Positions 29,018 through 37,290 of a stretch of 64,000 bases of DNA are shown here, piece by piece. A program made the position numbers and the translations under genes. Each line of letters begins with the position of its first letter. The stretch's first letter is position 1. Source of the stretch: an uncultured Candidatus Saccharibacteria bacterium (lineage in GTDB: Bacteria > Patescibacteriota > Saccharimonadia > Saccharimonadales > Saccharimonadaceae); the NCBI GenBank assembly GCA_947087275.1, contig CAMUBZ010000003.1, positions 9,132 to 73,131 on the forward strand. Direction: 5' to 3'. The notes beneath the pieces are model-generated. The model saw only the letters and a program-made list of their open reading frames with translations. It was not told where the DNA came from and did no database searches.

Positions 29018-29518
29018 TTAACGTTTGGCAGACCGGGGCATATTGCAGTACTCTAAAAAGCTGATGGACTTAGTCGGATACTTTAATTTGTACGGAAGCC
29101 AACATAGATAGCAAGAGAGAGCAATGAAGACGCCCACGATGACGAACGTAATGCGCATATAGCGTAACGTTTCAATTATCGGGCTATCTATCGCCATGGT
29201 TGGCCATAGCAAAGACGTAACCATGGTTAATAAGGCCCCTCTTTTGTCATCACGCCATGATATGTCTTTAGTGCAAAGTAACCTTCGCGCATAGTCAAAG
29301 TGCCAAATTTTCGCCCACCATGCAACCACGATTGTGAGGCCCCACGTAAGCACCAAAGCTGTCGCGCTAAGCGCACTTTTGTCCGAACTAACAACTCTAA
29401 CCGTAATTATGACTGCTGCTATGGTTGTATAGACCCATGCAAAAATAGTCAGCTCATAGATACAAAGTGCGGCCTGCCCGGGAAAATTGTATTCCGTTTT
29501 TTCGGGTTTTTCGTTCAT
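29018..29518 (-). CDS. multi-pass membrane protein, paralog of 52293-52796
   Basis: ATG at 29518 follows AGGAGG. Shares the N-terminus M-x-EK-x-EKT and C-terminus YP..I.FL.YCN with the 52293 gene; 4 TM helices. Confidence 0.6.
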   Translation of the reverse strand: MNEKPEKTEYNFPGQAALCIYELTIFAWVYTTIAAVIITVRVVSSDKSALSATALVLTWGLTIVVAWWAKIWHFDYARRLLCTKDISWRDDKRGALLTMVTSLLWPTMAIDSPIIETLRYMRITFVIVGVFIALSCYLCWLPYKLKYPTKSISFLEYCNMPRSAKR

Positions 29519-29601
29519 ATTCTTCCTCCTTGTTGAGGAATGCCTGTCCAAGAAAAAGACACATTATCAAAGATTTAATGTACGGCACCCCCATTTCTTC
29601 C

Positions 29602-29630
29602 ATTATAGCACACTTTACCATAAAAGTCAA
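29602..29630 (-). promoter_or_regulatory. consensus promoter TTGACT-17-TATAAT with TGn
   Basis: -35 at 29625-29630 and -10 at 29602-29607 on the minus strand; drives 29018-29518. Confidence 0.6.
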
Positions 29631-29648
29631 TACGAATTATGTTTTCCC

Positions 29649-29876
29649 GTGCGCAGCGGGATGATACCTCCAGACGCTGGTAGACTATGGCGTATTGGTC
29701 AGAATGGCTATAACTGGGCATTACGAGCAATGTCTATTCATACCGATGGTACAGGATATCTTAGCGCTTATGACCTAAAGATTGACGCTAATATAGTTTA
29801 TCCGTCAGAGGGGCCAAGTTATCGTTTCTACGGTCTCTCCCTCCGCTGCCTTAGTACTGTATTAGGTATGTAGGAG
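29649..29876 (+). repeat. orphan FISUMP/DUF1566-like C-terminal cassette, copy D
   Basis: Conserved borders. Frame VRSGMIPPDAG...YNWALRA...AYDL...LSLRCLSTVLGM*. Confidence 0.9.
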
Positions 29877-29959
29877 ATGAGTAAAGCAAAAAAGAAGTCT
29901 CTGCGGTAGGTGACTAACGCACCGTGCAGAAACTTCATTACTTTTATTATATCAAAAGA

Positions 29960-30361
29960 TTATTGAATGTCAATAATTTGACCACGACGATTTATAAACT
30001 TAATTTGTTTGATTTCCTTGATTGCAGTAAAACACACTCTTAGCTTTTTCTCAATTGCTTTGTCTGGGATATGTTTCATGCGCCGTGAGTCAAAGATAAT
30101 AGAATCCGATTGCCACTTACCTCGTTTGAGATTCCTTTCTACCGTTTTTAAGTTGCTCGCTCTTGGTGACTTCATTTCCCAAACGACACCATCAACTAAA
30201 CAATCCGCCGTTTGTCTTCCCTTTTTATCTATTGTTTTTAAGAACTCCACTACATGGCCGTACTTGATTAGAACTTTAGCTGTTTCCTGTTCATGAGGCC
30301 AAACGTCGACTCCGACAGGAATGATGATTTTGCCCTGTTTTTCAGTTTTAGGTTTCCTCAT
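29960..30361 (-). CDS. PD-(D/E)xK nuclease-like small protein (restriction-endonuclease fold)
   Basis: Motif E...AD-x10-WEMK, 133 aa. Paralogs at 33726-34127 and 44263-44649, with a conserved leader TTATGCTAGGCTCAGGAG-ATG. Confidence 0.55.
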   Translation of the reverse strand: MRKPKTEKQGKIIIPVGVDVWPHEQETAKVLIKYGHVVEFLKTIDKKGRQTADCLVDGVVWEMKSPRASNLKTVERNLKRGKWQSDSIIFDSRRMKHIPDKAIEKKLRVCFTAIKEIKQIKFINRRGQIIDIQ

Positions 30362-30440
30362 CTCCTGAGCCTAGCATAAAATCAGAAAAATTAGCAAGCA
30401 TAGGCATGATGTTTTTGTATATTTTCCCATAAGCCATACA

Positions 30441-30653
30441 CTCCTACATACCTAATACAGTACTAAGGCAGCGGAGGGGGAAAGCGCCCCAACGATGATC
30501 TGGAATATCTGACGGGTTGACTGTTATATTAAAATAGAGGTCATACGCATCACTAACGGATGCAGCTGTGCGTGATGACCACCAGAGACTACCATAGCCG
30601 GCATTCCGGAAAGTGCCAGTAGTATTCGCCGGATTAACATTCCCGCTGCGCAC
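30441..30653 (-). repeat. orphan FISUMP/DUF1566-like C-terminal cassette, copy E
   Basis: Conserved borders. Frame VRSGNVNPANTTGTFRNAGYGSLWWSSR...AYDL...FPLRCLSTVLGM*. Confidence 0.9.
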
Positions 30654-30674
30654 GAAAGACAATGTTCAGCATCT

Positions 30675-31730
30675 TCATTGCATATGCAAAAATTCTAAGC
30701 AATGTGGCATCTTATCTCGAATTGTATCTACAACAGCTTGTTGCTCTGCATACGGTAGCGGGTTAGCAAATAGCTCATTAATGTGTTCAACCATAGCCTT
30801 TAAGCTAACACCCCAGCGTATAGGTGGAGCAAACTGGCCTTCTGTGGATGAAAAAATGTATAATCTCGAGTATCGCAAAATAATTTCCGCAAATGCATCT
30901 AAGATTTCGTGCAGCTCGTATGGATGAATATTATATTTATGTTTTTTATGATAAATAGTCTTCTTCACAAAGGCGTCATCCGGTTCAATGATAGTCTCTA
31001 TTTCAAATTTTTTACCATCTATCCATTCTTCTCTATGGAAATTGTCGCGTTGATACTCCCTAAGTAACTTATAATTATTAGCATAATAGTCGCCACAACG
31101 ATAAAGCTTATCGTATAAGTCTAATAGTTTCTTTTTAAACTCCTTGACTGCTTTGAAATTATAAATCATTACTTTACGATTATTTACAATCAAAGATTGT
31201 GTGACTTGATCAGATTCGAATTTCTCGATATTAATCATCAAATTGTCGCTTAAAGTTGCTTGTCTAGTCTTATAGTCTTTCGAACGTATAGCAACAAATT
31301 CCCAGCCAGTATCTTTTGCAATCTCACGCCATCGCTCTTGAGTTGAGTTCTCTAAATCGGGAAAATTACGCATTCTTCTTAAGAACGCGCCGCCGCTCGT
31401 ATGATCAGCCCCGGAGTTCGCAAACAGACTACGCATACTCAGCATCAGGGCGTCAAAACAACTTTTTTGCAAGAGATTTACCGCTCGCATATTCTCGGGG
31501 TCCAAGATGCCTACGCTGGTCACTTCGTACTTCTCGCCGTCTTTTTCAACAATCTCAGAAGGAAAGTGGTGCGCCTCCTCATATTTATCACATGCGTGCA
31601 TTAAAATATGATCAATGATCTGCTGCTGGATAATTCTTTCTATGCAGAGCGCCAGATCATCTACCACATACTCTTTCGCTTTATCTTTACCAAAGAATAC
31701 TGTATTTACATCTTCAATACTATCGATCAT
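30675..31730 (-). CDS. hypothetical protein (351 aa), accessory
   Basis: Long ORF with protein-like composition and no recognisable motif. AT-rich compared with neighbouring core genes. Confidence 0.55.
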   Translation of the reverse strand: MIDSIEDVNTVFFGKDKAKEYVVDDLALCIERIIQQQIIDHILMHACDKYEEAHHFPSEIVEKDGEKYEVTSVGILDPENMRAVNLLQKSCFDALMLSMRSLFANSGADHTSGGAFLRRMRNFPDLENSTQERWREIAKDTGWEFVAIRSKDYKTRQATLSDNLMINIEKFESDQVTQSLIVNNRKVMIYNFKAVKEFKKKLLDLYDKLYRCGDYYANNYKLLREYQRDNFHREEWIDGKKFEIETIIEPDDAFVKKTIYHKKHKYNIHPYELHEILDAFAEIILRYSRLYIFSSTEGQFAPPIRWGVSLKAMVEHINELFANPLPYAEQQAVVDTIRDKMPHCLEFLHMQ

Positions 31731-31802
31731 ACTGATATTGTAACACAGATATTACAATGGAAAAGCGGCACGATAATACATGTGCCGCTTGAAGTTCTAA
31801 TA

Positions 31803-32462
31803 TTAGAACTTTCCCTCCACGCCAGCAATATGCCAGCTTAATTTTGCTTTCCATTCACTCGAAGAAACTTTGGGTCCGTCATCCGGTGTGGAAGAGGTAA
31901 ACAACGTAAATTCGGCACAAGTAGGCGTCAGTCTCAAAGCCGTTTCGGTGGATGCATCGTTGCCAAGAATAGGCGTCGCACCAATATCATGCTTCAGGCA
32001 TAAGTCGTCAACTGCCTCAAAACTGCTTTCGCCGATGTACATCTTCTGCGTTTCCAAGCTATAAATCTTAATCCGCATATAGCCATTGTCGCCCGCTGCC
32101 ACCTGAAAAGAATACTGCACATCAATTTCGTAGTTACTGCGCCCGTTCTCTAATTCGGCGCGCAAAGCGTCCGGAAACTCAAAGCGGATGCGATAATCAG
32201 TGCCAGCATTGAATTTACCCTCGCCTTCAGCAGTCAATTCTGTACATAACGGTAAGGCTTCACCGCCGTTAGTTTGGTCGCTATAGGTCAGCTCACCCCA
32301 ACAAGTTTCTTTGGGATTCTCTGAGCCATAACGTGGATACTTTTGGTCCATTTCATGAACCCAGTTTAACCGGTCTACATAAAATGCCACCGCGGCCACA
32401 GCTGCCACCACCAAAATAAACTCGCCCCAATGTTCCCGCAAAAAATTCTTTACTTTTTCCAT
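31803..32462 (-). CDS. hypothetical membrane-anchored or secreted protein
   Basis: N-terminal TM helix (WGEFILVVAAVAAVAFYV) and a consensus promoter upstream. Confidence 0.55.
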   Translation of the reverse strand: MEKVKNFLREHWGEFILVVAAVAAVAFYVDRLNWVHEMDQKYPRYGSENPKETCWGELTYSDQTNGGEALPLCTELTAEGEGKFNAGTDYRIRFEFPDALRAELENGRSNYEIDVQYSFQVAAGDNGYMRIKIYSLETQKMYIGESSFEAVDDLCLKHDIGATPILGNDASTETALRLTPTCAEFTLFTSSTPDDGPKVSSSEWKAKLSWHIAGVEGKF

Positions 32463-32553
32463 ATTTTCCCTCCAAAAAGTGTATTTGTGGGCCAGGATAG
32501 TTCTAAATCAAACTCAAAAACTACCAGAGTGCCCGCCCACGCTCCATACCTCC

Positions 32554-32582
32554 ATTGTAGCACAGATTTATATTTTTGTCAA
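32554..32582 (-). promoter_or_regulatory. consensus promoter TTGACA-17-TACAAT with TGn
   Basis: -35 at 32577-32582 and -10 at 32554-32559 on the minus strand. Confidence 0.6.
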
Positions 32583-32612
32583 GCATTTTACTGGATTTTG
32601 GTAAGTTCTGTC

Positions 32613-32641
32613 AAAAATCTCCCTCGAGAAGGGAGATTTTT
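32613..32641. terminator. bidirectional intrinsic terminator (after the KH-domain gene)
   Basis: AAAAATCTCCC-TCGAGAA-GGGAGATTTTT. Confidence 0.7.
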
Positions 32642-32659
32642 GTGATCTTATCAGCAAGA

Positions 32660-33094
32660 TTAAATGTCGAGATCGTCCAAATCTGCGAGTTCGGCACGGG
32701 TTTTCTCGGCCAACTCGTTCTCGGCTTCCCCACCATCCATCGGGGCTTCGCCCTCGAGTTCTTGGTCGGCAAGTTCACCAACACCTTCGGCTTCGGCTTT
32801 TGTCTCAACTGCTGGCTTGGCTACTGGAGCCTCACCACCCTCAACACCATCAGTGTTCACAACTTTAAGATTGTAGCGAGCGCCATTCTTGGTGCCAAGC
32901 ACACGTAACAACGTACGGATGCTCTGGGCAGTCGCACCACGTTTGCCAATCACTCGACCAACGTCTTCTGGGTCTACGGACAAACTGAGCAAGACGCCAC
33001 GCTCGTCAATTTCGCGTTCCACAGTTACCTTGTCTGGATTATTCACCAGGGTTTTAACGATATATTCTACAAATTGTTGGTCGATGGTTGACAT
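32660..33094 (-). CDS. KH domain RNA-binding protein (YlqC/UPF0109-like) with an acidic C-terminal tail
   Basis: VGRVIGKRGATAQSIRTLL KH motif. Located directly after rpsP, as in many bacteria. Confidence 0.75.
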   Translation of the reverse strand: MSTIDQQFVEYIVKTLVNNPDKVTVEREIDERGVLLSLSVDPEDVGRVIGKRGATAQSIRTLLRVLGTKNGARYNLKVVNTDGVEGGEAPVAKPAVETKAEAEGVGELADQELEGEAPMDGGEAENELAEKTRAELADLDDLDI

Positions 33095-33204
33095 ATGGTC
33101 TCCAGTTATTATTTATGTATTTGTATTAAATTATATCACAAGCGCAAAAAAAGTGACAAAAATGACAGCAAAAAAGCACCCAAGTGGATGCCTTTTTGCG
33201 AAGA

Positions 33205-33576
33205 TTATTCGGCGCTCTCAGCACCCGCTTCGGCGGCTGGCTCTTCGGCTGGAGCCTCCTCTTTGGGCTGATTTTTGCGCAACTTGTCGGCATGCTTAGC
33301 CTTGGCTTGTTTCTGTGGGGCTTCTTTGTACCATTTTGGTAGTTTGATTCCCTCTTTCTTCAAAACAAAGGCGACACGGCTAGATGGCTGAGCGCCGTGC
33401 TCAAGGTAGAACTCCACCTTTTCTTTGTCCAAGACGACTTTCTTGGTCTCGGGGTTGTAATTGCCGACCTCGGCTACAACACGACCCGAAAGTGGGTGGC
33501 GCTGCGCTTCTTGGACGACTATCCGGTACACTGGGGCGTGCACACGGCCATTACGCTGCATACGAATCGCTAGCAT
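33205..33576 (-). CDS. rpsP: 30S ribosomal protein S16 with a low-complexity C-terminal extension
   Basis: MLAIRMQRNGRVHAPVYRIVV N-terminus is typical of S16. Confidence 0.9.
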   Translation of the reverse strand: MLAIRMQRNGRVHAPVYRIVVQEAQRHPLSGRVVAEVGNYNPETKKVVLDKEKVEFYLEHGAQPSSRVAFVLKKEGIKLPKWYKEAPQKQAKAKHADKLRKNQPKEEAPAEEPAAEAGAESAE

Positions 33577-33603
33577 GATTTCTCCTTATTAGTTAACAAC
33601 CTG

Positions 33604-33631
33604 ATTATAACAAACTTTTTCCACCCTGTAA
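33604..33631 (-). promoter_or_regulatory. candidate rpsP promoter (TTACAG-16-TATAAT)
   Basis: -10 at 33604-33609 and -35 at 33626-33631 on the minus strand. Confidence 0.4.
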
Positions 33632-33725
33632 AGCGTTTCTTGCCCATGAAAAAGAGGGCTGACCTAATGTTATACAACACTAGGACGCCCTCAATAATTT
33701 GATTATATCATAGACGCTAATACTG

Positions 33726-34127
33726 TCAATTATTTTTAAATTTCTGCAGCTTTCCAGTTTTGCTTATAATATGTAAATTACGTACTTTGCGAGTACTCCA
33801 AAAACAGGTTGAAAGCTGTTTAATTGCTAGAATATCTGAGCCCTTGAGCCGGCGCAAATCCATGATAACGTTACTAGATTGGCTAGCTGCACGATAAAAC
33901 AGGCGCTCAATTGCTTTTCTAGTATTTACTGTTGGGCTTTTGGCCTCCCATTCTAGTCCATCCATCACAAAGCCTGGTCGTTTATCTTTTGGCGTATGAG
34001 ATGCGGGAATCAGCTCCAGTCTTTTAGATAAGTTAGTATAAAACAGAATTGTGTCCATTTCTTGAGGCTCAGGTTTGGCTCCGTTAGGAATTATCTTCCC
34101 TCGTTCAGCGTGTTGAATTTGTTTCAT
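33726..34127 (-). CDS. PD-(D/E)xK nuclease-like small protein, paralog of 29960-30361
   Basis: Same length (133 aa), WEAKSP motif and a conserved leader TTTATGCTGGGCTCAGAGA-ATG. The first acidic PD position is PG here. Confidence 0.5.
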   Translation of the reverse strand: MKQIQHAERGKIIPNGAKPEPQEMDTILFYTNLSKRLELIPASHTPKDKRPGFVMDGLEWEAKSPTVNTRKAIERLFYRAASQSSNVIMDLRRLKGSDILAIKQLSTCFWSTRKVRNLHIISKTGKLQKFKNN

Positions 34128-34228
34128 TCTCTGAGCCCAGCATAAACCAGCAAAATTTACCAAGCACAAGCACGATATTTTAGAAAAATTGCATGCTTGC
34201 ACGTACTAGCCAAAAAGCGTTAAAACTA

Positions 34229-34257
34229 TTGACAAAAGTGCAAAACTGTGCTACTAT
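34229..34257 (+). promoter_or_regulatory. consensus promoter TTGACA-17-TACTAT with TGn
   Basis: -35 at 34229-34234 and -10 at 34252-34257. Confidence 0.6.
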
Positions 34258-34347
34258 GAAGGGATAGGGGGTGATGAGGTGAAAAATCGCGCAAAAATGA
34301 CCGCAATTTCACTAAATTGTACATTGACATCACCCGTAGGAGGTTAT

Positions 34348-34869
34348 ATGAATAGAGAATTATTTCATGTTCGCAACATTGGCAACAAAAAGGCATCACC
34401 GCGCCTTGCAGCTCAAGCGCACGCGATTGAGCTAAATATCATTACGCCAGCGACGGATGAGGATTTGCAAAAGTATTTTTTAATTGAAAAGGCAAATCTT
34501 CCTAGCTACGCCAACACTAAGGCGGCTACGAAGGAGATTCGCGCGAATCTCCGGACAATATTGTCCGGGCGGAATGAACGTTGGCACCTCTGGGAGATTT
34601 TCGTATACGATGATCATATTTCTCTGCATTTTGTTGATATGCAAAACAGAGGGCGAACGGTCACAGCGTTGTCAATACACGTGTCTTGGGCACCACTGAC
34701 AAAGCTGAGTTTTAATGTTCCTGAAGAGGATATCCCCCAGAATGATTTCCAGATTGAATGCAGCCTTGAAAAGCATAAGCGGCGTACACTTTATGTCGAA
34801 TACACTGACACAGAAGAAGATGCGCGCAAATCAGAAATCTACGACTGTCGGCCTCTGAAGATAGTGTGA
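34348..34869 (+). CDS. hypothetical protein (173 aa), accessory
   Basis: ATG follows AGGAGG and the gene is followed by a terminator. No family recognised. Confidence 0.5.
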   Translation: MNRELFHVRNIGNKKASPRLAAQAHAIELNIITPATDEDLQKYFLIEKANLPSYANTKAATKEIRANLRTILSGRNERWHLWEIFVYDDHISLHFVDMQNRGRTVTALSIHVSWAPLTKLSFNVPEEDIPQNDFQIECSLEKHKRRTLYVEYTDTEEDARKSEIYDCRPLKIV

Positions 34870-34880
34870 TGCAAGCGAGA

Positions 34881-34913
34881 ACTGCGGATCCAGATTGGAA
34901 CCGCAGTCTTTTT
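34881..34913 (+). terminator. intrinsic terminator
   Basis: ACTGCGG ... CCGCAGT followed by CTTTTT. Confidence 0.65.
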
Positions 34914-34927
34914 GTGCTTGGAATAAA

Positions 34928-35653
34928 TTATCTTTGCGCTTTTTCTTGTGCCTTGAGGTAAACTTTGACCCCTTCAGACGCGGCGGCGCCTTCGGCCTCT
35001 TGCTTAGAGTGGCCAGTACCTTGACCTTTCAGTTGCTTACCTACATAAACACCGACAGTAAAGGTCTTGTCGTGATCGGGGCCTTCTTCGCCTAGAACGC
35101 GATATTGTGGCGTGGAACCATCATAATGTTGGGCTAATTCCTGCAAATAGGACTTGGGGTCGCGCCAACTACCGTCGCGCAAGATTTGGTCAAGTTTAAT
35201 CAGGATGTGCTTGGCAATAAAGTCACGTGCCGTGTCATAGCCTTGGTCAAGATAAATTGCACCAATCACTGCCTCAAAACAGTCGGCCAAAATCACGGCA
35301 TGCGCCCGGCTAGACCCGTGTTTTTCACCCTTAGAGAGGCGCACGAGCGGTTCGTAGCCTAGTTCTTCGCCTGCCGCACCGATACTTTCGGTACGGACCA
35401 GAGCAGACCGCCAAGCCGTCATGATACCTTCTGGCTCGTCGTAATTACGATACAAAAAGTCAGAAGACACCAGCTCAAGCACAGCATCACCCAAGAATTC
35501 AAGCCGCTCGTTGTGAGCCTTGGCGCTGGCTTTGTGCTCGTTGACGTAGCTACGGTGCGTAAGCGCAGTAATCAGCAGGTCGATGTCGTTAAATTCAAAC
35601 CCCAACTTCTCGCGAGCAAACTTTTGATATTCTTCAATTTGTGTTGGATTCAT
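34928..35653 (-). CDS. rnc: ribonuclease III
   Basis: Signature ERLEFLGDAVL plus a C-terminal dsRBD. Confidence 0.92.
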   Translation of the reverse strand: MNPTQIEEYQKFAREKLGFEFNDIDLLITALTHRSYVNEHKASAKAHNERLEFLGDAVLELVSSDFLYRNYDEPEGIMTAWRSALVRTESIGAAGEELGYEPLVRLSKGEKHGSSRAHAVILADCFEAVIGAIYLDQGYDTARDFIAKHILIKLDQILRDGSWRDPKSYLQELAQHYDGSTPQYRVLGEEGPDHDKTFTVGVYVGKQLKGQGTGHSKQEAEGAAASEGVKVYLKAQEKAQR

Positions 35654-35672
35654 TTTTGGTAAAACCTCCCTT

Positions 35673-36365
35673 TTATAATCCTTGGCGAATTTTGTTTTTG
35701 GCCAGCAGCATCAACTTTTCGATATCCTCGTATTCGATGGCGTCGATAGCGTCATTAAACTTAAACCATTTGATGCCCTTCATCCACTGTTCTTTGGTGG
35801 GAGTTTCGGCGTCATCAAGGGCGCGCACCAGATAGATCTGCGTAGTCATCAAGACTAATTTGTCGACGCGACGATACTGAAACTGAATTTTGCCGAGCCA
35901 CGTGAGGACTTGGATGTGGAACAGCCCAGATTCTTCACCAATCTCGCGGATTGCGGTCTGTTTGGCGGTTTCACCGGGCTCAATGTGACCTTTGGGAATC
36001 GTCCAGCGACCTTTGGAATCCTGAATCAGGAGGATTTCAATATCTTTTTGGTCATGCGTAATGCGAAAAACGATGCCGCCGGCAGTCGGCTCACGCACAA
36101 TCTCTTGAATAGCGGGTTTCTTAAAGACGCGTGTCGTGAGTCGCGAAAAGGCGTTGGTCTTCTCGCGCTCCGACTTGAGCGGCAAAGCCTCGGGAACTTT
36201 GCGTTGAGCAGGCAACTTGCTAGACTGCGGTGCTGAAGCCTGAGCCGCAGATGATGCTGGTTGTTTGGCCTTATGCGGCGTTGGCTGCTTCCCCTCCGGC
36301 TTCGCCTTCAGCTGCGGGTGCTGCAGCGCTTGGGTCTGCGGCTTCCGGCTGTGCTTTTTCTTCAT
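35673..36365 (-). CDS. NUDIX hydrolase with a basic low-complexity N-terminus (start uncertain)
   Basis: Nudix box [23 protein letters not shown]. Any ATG start overlaps the nusB 3' end. Confidence 0.7.
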   Translation of the reverse strand: MKKKHSRKPQTQALQHPQLKAKPEGKQPTPHKAKQPASSAAQASAPQSSKLPAQRKVPEALPLKSEREKTNAFSRLTTRVFKKPAIQEIVREPTAGGIVFRITHDQKDIEILLIQDSKGRWTIPKGHIEPGETAKQTAIREIGEESGLFHIQVLTWLGKIQFQYRRVDKLVLMTTQIYLVRALDDAETPTKEQWMKGIKWFKFNDAIDAIEYEDIEKLMLLAKNKIRQGL

Positions 36366-36831
36366 CTTGATTCTCCTTCTCTTTCGGAGATGAATTTTCA
36401 TCATTATAAATTTGGCGGTAGGCTGTACCAAGCACGCCGTTGATAAACTTGGACGAATTGTCCGAGCCGAACGCCTTGGCCAGTTCTACCGCCTCGTTGA
36501 TTGCTACCTTGGGCGGCACAGTTTCGGCTGAGCGCTCAAGTTCATGCAAGCCAATTCTGAGGACATTGCGGTCGATGGCTGCAATCGTGGAAATTGGCCA
36601 CTCTGGGGCCATAGGCTGCAATTCGGCGTCTAATTCCTCGAAACGCCCGGAGACGTCGCGCGCCAAAGTGTAGACAAACTCAGTGTCGCCTAGGGCTTTG
36701 GCATAAGGCTCAATATTTTTTGCGACGATAGTATCGATTTCTGCCGACGGGTCTCCCGCCTTGCTACGAAATTCGTACTCGTACAAACTCTGTAAAACAA
36801 TGATTCTGCCTAGATGCCGATTGCTGGCCAT
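36271..36831 (-). CDS. nusB: transcription antitermination factor NusB with an acidic/Ala-rich tail
   Basis: [17 protein letters not shown] and the NusB helical-core pattern. Confidence 0.85.
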   Translation of the reverse strand: MASNRHLGRIIVLQSLYEYEFRSKAGDPSAEIDTIVAKNIEPYAKALGDTEFVYTLARDVSGRFEELDAELQPMAPEWPISTIAAIDRNVLRIGLHELERSAETVPPKVAINEAVELAKAFGSDNSSKFINGVLGTAYRQIYNDENSSPKEKENQDEEKAQPEAADPSAAAPAAEGEAGGEAANAA

Positions 36832-36842
36832 TTTATTTCCTT

Positions 36843-37103
36843 TTATTTAGATTTTTTAGTGTTGGTAACTTTGGTTGTCGTGGTCTTTTTTGCTGTAGAC
36901 TTTTTGGCTGCGGCCTTGCGTGCTTTGACGGACTGCGTCGCAGCTGGTTTGACAGTCTTGACCTTGACATTGGGGGTTTGCTTAGCGGTTTCGAACGCTT
37001 TCACTGGAGAAGTGCGGTTCACGCTACGCGCCAACTTGAGGCGAAGATGGCTCCGACGGAGGCCAGTCTTGCGTGGGCTACTCTGTTTTTTAGGTTCAGG
37101 CAT
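36843..37103 (-). CDS. rpmF: 50S ribosomal protein L32-like with a Lys-rich C-terminal extension
   Basis: N-terminus [19 protein letters not shown] resembles L32 (PKRKTSKSRR..RRSH). No Cys zinc ribbon. Confidence 0.45.
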   Translation of the reverse strand: MPEPKKQSSPRKTGLRRSHLRLKLARSVNRTSPVKAFETAKQTPNVKVKTVKPAATQSVKARKAAAKKSTAKKTTTTKVTNTKKSK

Positions 37104-37208
37104 AATGCTCCTTTTTAATATCAAATTCTGTAGTTGATTTTATCACATTTTGTAGAGGCCTGCAAGAGGTTTTGCAAGAAAAGTGGTCAAATTTGACCCT
37201 ATAATTCC

Positions 37209-37237
37209 ATTATAGCACACATTATAGAAAAAGTCAA
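37209..37237 (-). promoter_or_regulatory. consensus promoter TTGACT-17-TATAAT with TGn; duplicate of the promoter at 55886-55914
   Basis: The 38 nt at 37205-37242 are identical, as reverse complement, to 55881-55918. Confidence 0.6.
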
Positions 37238-37290
37238 TAGTTTCACCAAAAATGGCGCCCTCTGAGCGCCATAAATGGGGTGAAAATTGA

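Noticed and set aside
29871-29885. The AGGAG at the end of the conserved 3' border acting as a Shine-Dalgarno for a downstream ORF (GTAGGAGATGAG in copies D and G).
   Set aside because: The ATG follows the AGGAG with zero spacing. It opens only very short frames, and the sequence after the border is not conserved among copies.
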